Part shown: piece after piece, positions 29,531 through 40,151 of the stretch
Position numbering within the stretch: position 1 is the stretch's first letter
Layout: every line of letters begins with the position of its first letter
Assembly: GCA_016844925.1 (NCBI GenBank)
Contig: JAERTI010000055.1
Span: 65,459-129,458, forward strand
Reading direction: 5' to 3'
Source: Candidatus Uhrbacteria bacterium
Lineage (GTDB): Bacteria > Patescibacteriota > Patescibacteriia > UBA9934 > GWF2-40-263
DNA: 64,000 nucleotides
Notes under the pieces: generated by a model
Told to the model about the DNA's origin: nothing
The model's input: only the letters and a program-made list of their open reading frames with translations
The model's database searches: none
Position numbers and translations under genes: made by a program

Positions 29531-30912
29531 ACGCGCTCCCCTTCCAAGAGCCAGGTATCGGCTCGTTTTATTTTGACGTCGACAATCTCTCCAACGAAAC
29601 TCTCGTCTCCGGGAAACCGTACCAACTTCATCTCACGAGAGTTGCCGTAACAAAAACCCGGCTGGGACGCCATCATCTCCTGAATCTTCTCTGGCATCTT
29701 GAGCATCTCATCCGTCACCTTCGGTCCCTCATGACGCTCTACGAGCACGGAAACGGTCTCTCCAACAAAGCGCTGATTCTTCCTGAGTGTCGTTTGCTCC
29801 ATGAGCTCCTGCATCACATTCCAACGACGCTTCTTCTCCTCGTGGCTCACATCATCTTTAAACGCTCGCCACGCCGCGGTACCAGACCGAACGCTGTAGC
29901 GCGCCGTGTACGAAATATCAAAATCGGCTTTCTTGTACAGCTCAACGGTTTTCTCAAACGCCTCATCGCTCTCTCCACAGAACCCCACAATCATATCTGT
30001 CGCAAGCGCGATGTCCGGCATCTTGCCGCGCAGCCGCTCCACCACTTCAAGAAACTGCTCCGCGGTGTAACGACGATTCATGCGACGCAGCACCTCATCA
30101 TCCCCCGCCTGCACAGGCAGGTGGATGTAGTTGAGATGGGCTGGAAGCGTCATGGCGTCTATCACCTCATCGGTCATGTGCAGCGGATGCGGCGCTGTGA
30201 ACTGGAGTCGAGAAATACCCTCGATCTGATTCACCTCCCATAGCAAAGAAGCAAAGTGGTCTTTGTAAGGATTCTCTGAATCGAACGACTCCGGATCCGG
30301 TGCAATATAACTATTCACGGTCTGCCCCAAGAGCGTCACCTCTACACAGCCATGGGCAGCCAAATCACGAATCTCCTCGAGAATATCTGCGACGGGACGA
30401 TTCTTCTCCAAGCCACGAGAAAACGGCACCACGCAGTAGCTACAAAATTTATTGCACCCCGTCTGAATAGAAACAAACGCTTGGCGCTTGGAGTGATACT
30501 CCGGCTTAAGCTTGAGATAGTCCTCGATCGTATCATCGCTGTTCACCAGCTCCGGTCGCAACTCCCCAAGCCAGCGTGGAAGCTGACCCATGTCTGCCGT
30601 CGGGAAGTAGAGATCTACAATCGGCAACTTTTTCTTAAACGCACGATCACGATCACGACCAGGCATACACCCCGTGATGCCGATGATGACATTTGGACTC
30701 TTCTCCTTGATTGGCTCAAGCTTTCGAATGAGTCCAAACACCCGATCCTCTGCGCTCTGTCGAACTGAACAAGTGTTGATCAAAATAACATCCGCCTTGT
30801 CACGATCGTCTGTCGACACTAAACCCACTCCCTGCAAGAGAGTCTCCATGCGTTCAGAATCATTTTTATTCATCTGACAACCAAAGGTTGTGAGGTGATA
30901 GGTTTGTTGCAT
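29527..30912 (-). CDS. miaB: tRNA methylthiotransferase
   Basis: TFGCQMN, NTCSVR, GCNKFCSYC radical-SAM motif, TRAM domain. Confidence 0.95.
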   Translation of the reverse strand: MQQTYHLTTFGCQMNKNDSERMETLLQGVGLVSTDDRDKADVILINTCSVRQSAEDRVFGLIRKLEPIKEKSPNVIIGITGCMPGRDRDRAFKKKLPIVDLYFPTADMGQLPRWLGELRPELVNSDDTIEDYLKLKPEYHSKRQAFVSIQTGCNKFCSYCVVPFSRGLEKNRPVADILEEIRDLAAHGCVEVTLLGQTVNSYIAPDPESFDSENPYKDHFASLLWEVNQIEGISRLQFTAPHPLHMTDEVIDAMTLPAHLNYIHLPVQAGDDEVLRRMNRRYTAEQFLEVVERLRGKMPDIALATDMIVGFCGESDEAFEKTVELYKKADFDISYTARYSVRSGTAAWRAFKDDVSHEEKKRRWNVMQELMEQTTLRKNQRFVGETVSVLVERHEGPKVTDEMLKMPEKIQEMMASQPGFCYGNSREMKLVRFPGDESFVGEIVDVKIKRADTWLLEGERV

Positions 30913-30991
30913 ACGGCCAGGAGCGTAACAAAAACTCTTTTAATTGAAAAATCGACTGACGTCGTATCAGTCGATGCCGTGGCGACCAGCT

Positions 30992-31477
30992 CTAGCCGGT
31001 CGCGGCCGTGGGCGGAAGCTCCGCCTGGGTGGTGATCAGATGGACGAGCGCCCAGCGCATGGGGATGTTGCTCCAACGAGCACGTCCGGTTCGATCACGT
31101 GCCTCGAAGGTGACGCGAGCGAGGGCATGCAGCTGATGCGTGATCCACGCGGGGTTGTCGGCCGAAGCGATCGTGTTGTCGATGAAGGCCTTGGCCCTGC
31201 TCTTCCACGCTTCGACCGAACCATGCCGCCGGTACAGCGGATGGTCTTCCGCGAGCTTGTTCAGCCAGGTGTCCAGCTGCAGCTGCGTGAGGTCGTGTTC
31301 GTGGAGAAGCTCGTAGAGCACGTCTGCCTCGTCTTGGCAGAAGATGGCTCCGATGCCCGAGTGGGGCTTCCCCAGGGTGATGCGCTCGAGCGCCGCCCGG
31401 AGAATGGAATTCTCGATCGGGGGGCCTGGGCCCACCCTCTTGCCGTCACTTGCCACAAGTCTGAGCATTCGCTTCAT
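30992..31477 (-). CDS. High-GC orphan protein
   Basis: GGAGG SD before MKRMLRL; TTGACA at 31530-31525; C/G-ending codons. Confidence 0.65.
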   Translation of the reverse strand: MKRMLRLVASDGKRVGPGPPIENSILRAALERITLGKPHSGIGAIFCQDEADVLYELLHEHDLTQLQLDTWLNKLAEDHPLYRRHGSVEAWKSRAKAFIDNTIASADNPAWITHQLHALARVTFEARDRTGRARWSNIPMRWALVHLITTQAELPPTAATG

Positions 31478-31538
31478 CTTTCGCCTCCGTGTTGGCCGCA
31501 GACCTTCCCAAAAAACCGACGTTTTGTCAACATATCCA

Positions 31539-31567
31539 TTGACAAAAGACGTTTTTTGCGCTATAAT
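31539..31567 (+). promoter_or_regulatory. Consensus sigma70 promoter
   Basis: Perfect TTGACA-17-TATAAT. Confidence 0.85.
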
Positions 31568-31611
31568 TGAGCCATAATTCCCATGCTTAATAAACGTCAA
31601 AATTACAACCT

Positions 31612-32679
31612 ATGGGACTGTTTAAACGTTTCATGAATAAGGAGGGCGGATCACAGGAGGCTAAAGCTGAGACTCCTAAGCCAACAGAAGCTAAAGAGGT
31701 AAAAGCGGCTGATGTCGGCCGCGAACGTGTGAAGGCCATCAAAGATGGTGCTGAATCTCTTTGGAATCGATTTAAAAATGCCGCAGAGAGTGCGAAAGAC
31801 TCATTAGCAACAAAAGCTCGAAATACCCTTGATATGGCCATGGGTGGCCTGAAGAAGGGTGGTGAAATGGCTGTAGAAGGTGCTTTTACAGCTGTTGGAA
31901 AGGCTGAAATGGCTGCTGGAGCAGCTGTAGAAAAAGGGAAAGCAGCTGTTGAATATTCAGCTGAAACTGCCCGTGAGGGTTGGGAGCTTGGAAAGCTTGC
32001 TCTTGAAGCTGGAAAAGACGCCGCAACTCGTGCAAAAGAAGCTGCTATCGATGCTGCTTACACAGGCGCAGCTCTGGCAATCATGACCGGAGAGCGCGGA
32101 GCAGAAATGGCAAAAGCTCTTGCAAACCGTGGAATGGAGCTCGGATCTGAGGCGGCAAAGAAAACCGTCGAAGGAGCTGCAGCACTTAAAGAAATGGGGC
32201 TCGACGCCAAGGCGGCTGTTGAACGATACGGATCAGAAAAGATGGACCAGGCTGTTGCAGCTGCTGAAGCAGCAAAGCAGGCAGGTGTAGACTTTAAGAA
32301 TAAGGGTGTTGACCTCTTGATCGATGGAATCGTAGCAGCTGTTGAAGCTGGTATCTCCATGGAGGAGGCTGTTGAAAAGGCAAAATCTGATACCGCTCAG
32401 AAATCTGCAGAGATTATGGGATCTGCTCGTGAGGCCATTGACGGACTCAAGGCAGCTGCCCGTGAAAAGCGTGACAACTTCTTCGGACGTGTTTCCGCTG
32501 GACGCGACAGCTTCTTTAAGAAGATGAAGGGCATGGTCCTCGAGGCACTTCGCCCTGAGATTGACCAGTTGATCCAGGACAAGGCACAGCAACTGCTTGC
32601 AGACCGCGAGAAACTCGCTGATGCGGATATTGAGTACGAGGATGCAGGAGAGGAGGATGCTGAGGTTGTCTCAGCTTAA
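31612..32679 (+). CDS. Ala/Glu/Lys-rich amphipathic helical protein (LEA/apolipoprotein-like composition)
   Basis: 355-aa ORF behind a consensus promoter. Confidence 0.78.
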   Translation: MGLFKRFMNKEGGSQEAKAETPKPTEAKEVKAADVGRERVKAIKDGAESLWNRFKNAAESAKDSLATKARNTLDMAMGGLKKGGEMAVEGAFTAVGKAEMAAGAAVEKGKAAVEYSAETAREGWELGKLALEAGKDAATRAKEAAIDAAYTGAALAIMTGERGAEMAKALANRGMELGSEAAKKTVEGAAALKEMGLDAKAAVERYGSEKMDQAVAAAEAAKQAGVDFKNKGVDLLIDGIVAAVEAGISMEEAVEKAKSDTAQKSAEIMGSAREAIDGLKAAAREKRDNFFGRVSAGRDSFFKKMKGMVLEALRPEIDQLIQDKAQQLLADREKLADADIEYEDAGEEDAEVVSA

Positions 32680-32707
32680 CCATAAATTTTCATAACAATA
32701 TCCCACT

Positions 32708-33067
32708 ATGACACGTGAAGAAATTGCCAAGCTCGTTGAGGGATCAGCGCTCTCTGAAGAGAAGAAGCGCGAACTCTTGAACGCCATGATTGACAAAGGC
32801 CTCACTCGAGAGGTTGTCGACATGATTAAAGAAGCGCTCGATGATGAAGTCATCGCTACCATGAAGGAAGCCGGTGCCGACATCACTGAATCAGCTGAGT
32901 TTAAGGAAGCTGAGAAGGAATTCGTTGCTGAAGTAGAGGCCGCTAGCCAGGAGCTCGAAGAGGGCATGGCTGAGGTCCAGAGCGAAATTAAGCAGGTCCA
33001 GCAGGACGCTGCTAAGCAGCTCGAGGAAGTACAGGCTGAAATCATCAAAGAAAAGATTGCTGAGTAA
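32708..33067 (+). CDS. Small acidic coiled-coil protein
   Basis: 119-aa ORF followed by a bidirectional terminator near 33073-33103. Confidence 0.75.
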   Translation: MTREEIAKLVEGSALSEEKKRELLNAMIDKGLTREVVDMIKEALDDEVIATMKEAGADITESAEFKEAEKEFVAEVEAASQELEEGMAEVQSEIKQVQQDAAKQLEEVQAEIIKEKIAE

Positions 33068-33120
33068 GCATTTAAAAACCAGGGCCAAGGCCCTGGTTTT
33101 TTGTTTACTTGATTCTGTTA

Positions 33121-34920
33121 TTACATCGGGAACTTGGAATCAGCGGCTGCGCGTGCAGCGAGCTCACCTGCAGGAATTACCAAGTCTTCCTCCTGCCCGA
33201 AGACGTTCACCTTGAAGTCTCCCCCCTCGGCCTCCTTGCCGCCGATCACGATGGTCCACGGGATCTTTTCCATGGCCGCATTGCGAATCTTCTTACCAAG
33301 CCGCTCATCAGAATCGTCCAACTCTGCACGAACGCCAGCTTCCACAAGCTCAGCCTGTATGCGAGACGCGGCTTCAACCTGTTCTTGAGAAACTGTCGCA
33401 AGCCGTACTTGCACTGGTGCGAGCCAGAATGGGAACACGCCGGCTGTGTGCTCAATGTAGTTCGACAGGAATCGCTCCAGAGAACCCATAATCGCCGCGT
33501 GGATCATCACAATGCGCTCTGGGCTTCCCTCTTCGTTAATACAGGTCAGATCAAATCGCTCTGGCATGTTCATGTCGAGCTGGATAGTCGCCACCTGCCA
33601 CTCGCGCCCAAGAGAATCTTTGGTCACGAAATCAATCTTTGGTCCGTAGAAAGCTGCCTCTCCTGGCTCTTCCACCGCTTCGACACCACGCGCCTTTGCC
33701 AGGTCGCGCAGTGCATCCTCTGACTGTTGCCATGTCTCAGGCGTACCCAAGTACTTTTCCGGATGCTCTGGATCGTGGAAAGAGAGGCGCACGGCCAACT
33801 CCCCAAACCCACAGCCCTTATAGAAGGTCTCGATAATGTCCCAAATCTTCAACATCTCTTCCTTCACCTGACCCTGGCGACAGAACACGTGCGCATCATC
33901 CTGTGTGATCGAGCGCACGCGTGAGAGCCCATGGAGCTCTCCTGTCTGCTCATCGCGATACACCATTGTGGTGTTGGCAAACCGTTGCGGCATGTCTCGG
34001 TAGCTGTGCATCTTTCGATCGAAAATCTGCGTGTGATGCGGACAGTTCATCGGCTTCATGGCAAATACATGCCCCTCACGAGTCTCCACCTTAAACAAAT
34101 CATCCTTAAACTTCTCCCAATGCCCGGAGGTCTCGTAAAGATCTTTCTTGGTGATATGAGGGATCTCCACGCGCTTGTACCCTCGCACACTACGCAACGC
34201 CCACACAAAATCATCAAGCTTCTGACGCAAGAACGCCCCCTTAGGCGTCCACAGAGGAAGTCCGGGACCAACAAGTTCGGAAAAGACAAAGAGGTCCAAT
34301 TCCTTTCCAAGCTTTCGATGGTCTCGCTTCTTCGCTTCCTCAAGCATGTGTATGTACGCATCAAGCTCCTCCTGCGTCTCAAAACACAAGCCATAGACTC
34401 GCTGCAACTGCGCATTCTCCTCGTTTCCTCGCCAATACGCCCCAGCAAGCTTCCAAAGTTTGAAGGCACCGATGCCCTTTACGTTCTCGATGTGAGGTCC
34501 GCGACACAGATCAACGAACTCACCCGTCTTGTACACAGACGCACGATCAGGATTATCCACATCGATATCCTGTGCCTCATCAGGGTTCATCTTTGTTGTC
34601 CCCTTCTCTTTCAGATCCTTGAGAAGCTCAACTTTAAACTCCTGTCCCTTGTCGGCAAAGAACGCGATCGCTTCATCAATGCTCATTTCCTCACGCTCCA
34701 TGGCGTGAGCCTCAGCAATGATCCGACGCATAGTCTTCTCGAGCTTGGCTAGATTCGCCTCAGAGATTGGCTCTGGAAAGGCGATGTCGTAAAAGAACCC
34801 GTTGTCGATCACAGGACCGACACCGAGCTTCACACCTGGATACAGGCGCTCAGCCGCCGCCGCGAGAACGTGGGCTGCTGTATGCCGCATGGCATGTAGA
34901 TGATCGTTGGACATAATCAT
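33121..34920 (-). CDS. thrS: Threonyl-tRNA synthetase
   Basis: DLCRGPH, RDHRKLG, KPMNCPHH and AAFYGPKID motifs; start placed downstream of the T-box terminator. Confidence 0.97.
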   Translation of the reverse strand: MIMSNDHLHAMRHTAAHVLAAAAERLYPGVKLGVGPVIDNGFFYDIAFPEPISEANLAKLEKTMRRIIAEAHAMEREEMSIDEAIAFFADKGQEFKVELLKDLKEKGTTKMNPDEAQDIDVDNPDRASVYKTGEFVDLCRGPHIENVKGIGAFKLWKLAGAYWRGNEENAQLQRVYGLCFETQEELDAYIHMLEEAKKRDHRKLGKELDLFVFSELVGPGLPLWTPKGAFLRQKLDDFVWALRSVRGYKRVEIPHITKKDLYETSGHWEKFKDDLFKVETREGHVFAMKPMNCPHHTQIFDRKMHSYRDMPQRFANTTMVYRDEQTGELHGLSRVRSITQDDAHVFCRQGQVKEEMLKIWDIIETFYKGCGFGELAVRLSFHDPEHPEKYLGTPETWQQSEDALRDLAKARGVEAVEEPGEAAFYGPKIDFVTKDSLGREWQVATIQLDMNMPERFDLTCINEEGSPERIVMIHAAIMGSLERFLSNYIEHTAGVFPFWLAPVQVRLATVSQEQVEAASRIQAELVEAGVRAELDDSDERLGKKIRNAAMEKIPWTIVIGGKEAEGGDFKVNVFGQEEDLVIPAGELAARAAADSKFPM

Positions 34921-34929
34921 GGTTATGAA

Positions 34930-35165
34930 ACAAAAAACTTCACTTGCGTGAAGCACCGGGACCCGACCTAAGCCGGATGGTTCCACCCGATTTACTAACC
35001 TGTCTTTCTCAACAGGACAGCACTCAATTCATGATCCGATTCCCCGGATCCAGGACGCTCCAGAAGTGGTATTGATCGATGTTCTTCCTAGAAAGACTCT
35101 CAGTCATGGTCTTTCCTCCCTGAAGGCAACGCTTCGATCAACATGTCTTCTCTCACTGCGATAGA
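34930..35165 (-). promoter_or_regulatory. T-box riboswitch (Thr specifier)
   Basis: Minus strand: stem I with GA and AG motifs, ACC specifier at 35070-35068, T-box AATCGGGTGGAACC, terminator CTTCAC-GCAA-GTGAAG-TTTTTT. Confidence 0.85.
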
Positions 35166-35245
35166 CAAACGGTAAACCTGATACGCTCGCGCGTCAAGTC
35201 GCCCCAGAAAACAAAACAGACCACTTTACGTGGTCTGTTTTCACT

Positions 35246-36532
35246 CTATCGAATATCGATATAAATATGATCCTTCAGTCGAGGTACGGTATCTACCCAG
35301 AATGGAAAGAATTCCACACTCACATCCGTTGCAACCCCTTCCCCAACAAGTAGATCCTCCACTTCCTGCGCGCTCATCCCAACAAATCGTCCAACACGGA
35401 GCGCCTCACTTGTCTGGGACGTGATCGTCTGCGCCTCGAGGGTCACGAGCACGTTTGCTTCTTGCTCCTCTACATCATAGGCCTCAACACGCACCTCCAT
35501 ACCCTCTCGATCGATGCGGATAAACTCCTGCCCTTGTCCAAGCCCTTCGTAGAGCTTTGCCTCGGCAATGCCTGCAAGCGCCTGCTCATCGTAGTACACC
35601 GCGCTCACTGTCACCGTCATCGTTACATCAAACGCCGCAGCCTCTGTGTCTGCCTCGATACTAAACACTTGCTCATCCACACTCACCTCGTACGATTCTC
35701 CAGCAAGGTCATCACCCACCTCAGCTCTCAGCATGGCCTTAGCATCTGTTACAAGCTCATCCTGCAACTCCTGAGCAGCCGCATCAAGTTCTAACTGACC
35801 CACAACGGCAACGGTTGTAACACCGCCCGTAAATGCCTCGCCACTGGTTGCGTACACCAATTCCTGACGTGACGCTGATAGCCCAGGAATAGTGAACGTC
35901 GTTGGAGCGACATCTCCCGCTCCTCCTGGCTGATCAGCGTTCACAACCGCATCAATCGTTCCACCTGCAGGTACCGTTACCCCGTCCTCTAGTCGGAACA
36001 ATACTCCCTCTGGTGAAAGTAATCGTGTAGTCGCGACCAGCTGCTGAGCAAATGACATCTCGTTATGCAATGTCACTGTTCCCGTGGCCACTCCCTCAAT
36101 ATCTGTCGTTGATTCACCTGTTGGCTCAAACGTCTGTGTGCGTCCCAACGTCCCTGACTTCACCGTTCCTCCAACATCTGTTTCCAGCACAGGTACTTCA
36201 TACACATTTGCGACAAATTGTGCCTTCAGTGGCGTCTCCGTTGAATCAACATGAATCACAGCCGAAACCGTTGCCAGATACAAGACGGCCATGAGGGCCG
36301 TTGCCACGACAAAAATAAACGTCATGGCGATACGTCTGTAGATGATCAGTGGCACAGCACCAGGTCGATGGATATCCACCTCCTGCTCCTCCACCTCTTT
36401 AACAACCACCTTCTTCTTTACCGGAGCTTTCTTTTTAGGTGTTGTTTTTTTCTTTGCGGGCGCCTTCTTCTTCGCTGTCGTAGATTTTTTTACGGGCACG
36501 CGCTTTTTTGATGTGCTCTTTTTTTCAGCCAT
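35246..36532 (-). CDS. Membrane-anchored protein with a baseplate-J-like domain
   Basis: Lys-rich N-terminus, TM, then ATGTVTLHN, LVATTRLLSPEGVLFR, ADQPG..GDV and FTGG motifs. Confidence 0.7.
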   Translation of the reverse strand: MAEKKSTSKKRVPVKKSTTAKKKAPAKKKTTPKKKAPVKKKVVVKEVEEQEVDIHRPGAVPLIIYRRIAMTFIFVVATALMAVLYLATVSAVIHVDSTETPLKAQFVANVYEVPVLETDVGGTVKSGTLGRTQTFEPTGESTTDIEGVATGTVTLHNEMSFAQQLVATTRLLSPEGVLFRLEDGVTVPAGGTIDAVVNADQPGGAGDVAPTTFTIPGLSASRQELVYATSGEAFTGGVTTVAVVGQLELDAAAQELQDELVTDAKAMLRAEVGDDLAGESYEVSVDEQVFSIEADTEAAAFDVTMTVTVSAVYYDEQALAGIAEAKLYEGLGQGQEFIRIDREGMEVRVEAYDVEEQEANVLVTLEAQTITSQTSEALRVGRFVGMSAQEVEDLLVGEGVATDVSVEFFPFWVDTVPRLKDHIYIDIR

Positions 36533-36554
36533 ACTGCGTACAGTATACCAAAAC

Positions 36555-39500
36555 TTACTCAACTGAGACATTCTGTGCCCCGACAAGCTCGGCGATGGCA
36601 CTCACAATACGGTCAGATGTCGCTACAGAATAATCCGTCTGAATCTTACGCATCCGTCCACCAGACTCCACCATTAAGCACACAGGCTTGGGACCTGGAG
36701 CAGACGTAAGTATCTCCCGAAGCTGTTCAACCATATCCTGCGTCGGCTTCCCTTTGAGCGAAATAGAAAGCATGCCGCGTTTCACCACCTCCAGAGGTGG
36801 TGATTGATCTTGCCTATTCTGCTCGATTGATCGGCGCATATCAGAACTCACCCACTGTCCTCGCTTAATCATCTGCGCTGTATTGGGAAGACTATCCTCA
36901 TCGACAGTGACAAAACTATTGGCCAGCAACTTCGCTTCTTCTCCCTCTCGAATAGACACCTTTGCAGAAACAAGCACGATCGTATCCTCGACAAGCACAT
37001 CTGACACCGTCTTATAGGTACGCGGAAACACAATCACCTCCGTCCGACCACTTAGATCCTCGAGGGTCACAAATGCCATGGGATCCCCCTTCTTTGTAAT
37101 AATCTGCTTCACGCTTGAAATAATCCCCCCGCTCCGGACGAACTCCCCATCCTTACAATCAACAACCTTCGCGCAATCTAGTAACGCTTCACCAAACGCT
37201 TCCTTAAACGGTTCATACGGGTGAGCACTGACATACAGTCCAAGCAACTCCTTCTCCCATGTTAAAAGCTCACGCATCGACGCCGGCTCTGAATCGCGCA
37301 AGGCAATCCCCCGATCCATCACCGCTGGTGCAGCAGCAAACAAACTCTGTTGATTTGTGGCTTTTTCTTTTTGAATGTTCTTGTTGTGCATCAGAATGCG
37401 GTCGATATTGTCGAGCAACTGCTTTCGCTCTCCAAACCGATCCAAGGCACCAGCCTTAATAAGCGCCTCAAGAGACTTCTTGTTGAATGCTCGATGTGAA
37501 ACCCGCCCAGCAAAATCTGACAAGTCTTTAAACTCGCCATGCTCCTTACGCTCGGCAATAATTGCCTCGATAACCTCCTCTCCCAAGTTCTTAATCACCA
37601 AAAGACCAAAGCGAACCTGTTCATCCGTAATGTAGGTAAAGTCCTTAAGTGATTCGTTGATGTCCGGTGGAAGCACCTCGATCCCCATGCGCCCACACTC
37701 CTCCACCGCAAAGGCAATCTTATCCAAGTCCGCCGCCTCCGCGGTCATAAGCGCCGTCATGTACTCAGCCGGATAGTTCGCCTTCATGTACGCCGTCTGA
37801 TACGCAACCATTCCATAAGAAGCCGCGTGCGACTTGTTAAAGGCGTACATCGCAAACGGTTTGATGCGCTCCCATAAATCCTTTGCCAAAGACTTTGGAA
37901 TATTGTTGGCGACACAACCGTCCTTAAACTTCTTCTCCTGCTCAAGCATCAGCTCTGGAATTTTCTTTCCCATGGCTTTGCGGAACTTATCCGCATCCAG
38001 CCAGCTGTAACCTGCCAGTTTAATGGCGGTAAGCATCACGTCATCTTGATAAATGAGCAGTCCAAGGGATGCCTCAAGAATATCCTTCAGGTTCTCATGA
38101 GGGTAATCAATGCGCGAATGATCGTGCTTACGCTTAATGTACTCGGGGATAAACTCGATCGGGCCGGGACGATACAGGGCCACCATAGCCATGATGTCCT
38201 CGATACGCGTCGGCTCCAGCTCCATCAGGTACTTCGTCATTCCATCGGAAGACAACTGAAACACTCCCATGGTCTGCCCCTTGGCCAGCAGATCAAACGT
38301 CTTGGGATCATCAATGGGAATCTGTTCGATGTCGATGTCATCCCCCTTGGTATTGCGCACCAGACGAATCGCATCTCCAAGAATCGAAAGGTTACGGATT
38401 CCCAAGAAGTCCATCTTCACCAACCCAGCCGCCTCCACCGAGTGCATTTCGTACTGCGTGATGATCTTACCCTCGCGCGTATCAATCTGCAGCGGTGTGA
38501 AATCCGTGAGGTCTGTTGGAGAAATAACGGTCCCCGCCGCGTGAATCGAAACATGCCGGGCACACCCTTCGATCTGCTGTGCGAGTTCAATGATCCGACG
38601 TGTATTGGCGTCGATGTCGTATTTCTTTTTCAAATCCGGTGACTCACGCAAAGCCTTCTCCAAGGTCATGGGCATCCCCTGCGCCCCCATAGGAACCATC
38701 TTAGCGATCTCATCAATCACGCCATACTCAAACCCAAGCGCCCGCCCTACATCACGAAGACTTCCGCGCGCGAGCATTTTTCCAAATGTACAAATCTGCG
38801 CCACCTTCTCATAGCCGTATTTCTGACGCACGTAATCAAGCACCTCATCGCGACGGTTATCAGCAAAGTCGGCATCCACATCAGGAGCCGATGGACGCTG
38901 CGGGTTCAAGAAGCGTTCAAACGGAAGCAGGTAGCGAAGTGGATCGATGGATGAGATCCCGATCGAGAATCCCACCAGAGAACCAGCAGCAGACCCACGC
39001 GTCGTCGTCATGATGCCGTTCTCACGCGCCCAAGAAATAAAGTCAGACACGATCAAAAAGTACGGACAGAACCCCTTCTGCTCAATAATATCGAGCTCAT
39101 AGTTCAAACGCTCGACCTCCTCCTCAGTCAACTCACGCCCCCCACGCTTGACCTTAAGCTTACGGAACGCACGCTCGGTGAGCACAGAAAGGAACGTCTC
39201 CCCCTTAGGGATCTCAAACTTTGGGAAGTTCCACTCCCCCAACGTAATCTCAACGTTACACCGATCCGCAATCTTCACCGTATTCTCGATCGCTTCAGGT
39301 ACATCCTTAAAGCGCTCCATCATGTACTCACTGCTCACCACCGACGCGTCGTACTCCATCTGATTCACGCGATCGAAGTGCTCAAGCGTCTTCCCTCCCT
39401 TAATACAATTCAAAATCTTCCACGCCTCCACGTCCTGCGGCTTGAGATAAAACGTATTCTTCGTTGCCACCAATGGCACTCCCAACTCTTTACTGAACGC

Positions 39501-40076
39501 AATCAGCTGCGCGTTCGTGGCTTCTTGCTGGGCAATCTCAGGCCTGTCGACAAGTTCCAGAAAAAAGTTCCCCTCTCCAAACATCTCCACATACCCACGG
39601 ATCGCCTCGCGTGCCTCGTCGAGCTTGTCCATCTTGATGAGCTCATCAATCTCCCCAAGGTGACCACCCGAAAGGGCGATAACCCCCTTGGTATGCTCAC
39701 GCAGCACCTCTTTATCGATACGGGGTTTGTAGTAGAACCCCTCCATGAACCCAACCGAGGAAAGCTCGATCAAATTCTTGTACCCCTCATTGGTCTCTGC
39801 CAAACACACCAATCGATGCGGCTTAGTGTCGATACGCGCTCGCTTCATGTGACGTCCGTGTCGCGCAACATAAAAATCAACCCCAATGATGGACTTGATC
39901 TCGGCCTTACGTGCTGTTTTATAAAAATCAATCGTTCCGTACAGATTTCCATTATCTGTCACGGCGATCGCGGTCTGGCCCAAATCTTTCGCATGCCCCA
40001 CGAGCTCCTTCATCTTTGGGAGCGCCTCAAGCAAGGAATAGTGCGAGTGGACGTGCAGGTGGACAAACTTGGACAT
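36555..40076 (-). CDS. dnaE: DNA polymerase III alpha subunit
   Basis: HLHVHSHYSLL PHP domain, RGSAAGS, FERFLNP, PDVDAD and YAFNKSH motifs. Confidence 0.97.
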   Translation of the reverse strand: MSKFVHLHVHSHYSLLEALPKMKELVGHAKDLGQTAIAVTDNGNLYGTIDFYKTARKAEIKSIIGVDFYVARHGRHMKRARIDTKPHRLVCLAETNEGYKNLIELSSVGFMEGFYYKPRIDKEVLREHTKGVIALSGGHLGEIDELIKMDKLDEAREAIRGYVEMFGEGNFFLELVDRPEIAQQEATNAQLIAFSKELGVPLVATKNTFYLKPQDVEAWKILNCIKGGKTLEHFDRVNQMEYDASVVSSEYMMERFKDVPEAIENTVKIADRCNVEITLGEWNFPKFEIPKGETFLSVLTERAFRKLKVKRGGRELTEEEVERLNYELDIIEQKGFCPYFLIVSDFISWARENGIMTTTRGSAAGSLVGFSIGISSIDPLRYLLPFERFLNPQRPSAPDVDADFADNRRDEVLDYVRQKYGYEKVAQICTFGKMLARGSLRDVGRALGFEYGVIDEIAKMVPMGAQGMPMTLEKALRESPDLKKKYDIDANTRRIIELAQQIEGCARHVSIHAAGTVISPTDLTDFTPLQIDTREGKIITQYEMHSVEAAGLVKMDFLGIRNLSILGDAIRLVRNTKGDDIDIEQIPIDDPKTFDLLAKGQTMGVFQLSSDGMTKYLMELEPTRIEDIMAMVALYRPGPIEFIPEYIKRKHDHSRIDYPHENLKDILEASLGLLIYQDDVMLTAIKLAGYSWLDADKFRKAMGKKIPELMLEQEKKFKDGCVANNIPKSLAKDLWERIKPFAMYAFNKSHAASYGMVAYQTAYMKANYPAEYMTALMTAEAADLDKIAFAVEECGRMGIEVLPPDINESLKDFTYITDEQVRFGLLVIKNLGEEVIEAIIAERKEHGEFKDLSDFAGRVSHRAFNKKSLEALIKAGALDRFGERKQLLDNIDRILMHNKNIQKEKATNQQSLFAAAPAVMDRGIALRDSEPASMRELLTWEKELLGLYVSAHPYEPFKEAFGEALLDCAKVVDCKDGEFVRSGGIISSVKQIITKKGDPMAFVTLEDLSGRTEVIVFPRTYKTVSDVLVEDTIVLVSAKVSIREGEEAKLLANSFVTVDEDSLPNTAQMIKRGQWVSSDMRRSIEQNRQDQSPPLEVVKRGMLSISLKGKPTQDMVEQLREILTSAPGPKPVCLMVESGGRMRKIQTDYSVATSDRIVSAIAELVGAQNVSVE

Positions 40077-40151
40077 ATCAAGAAGGAGCTTACCAGCTCT
40101 GCCGTCGCTTTCCAAGGTAAGAAAAAACCGCCTAATAAAGGCGGGCGTAGC

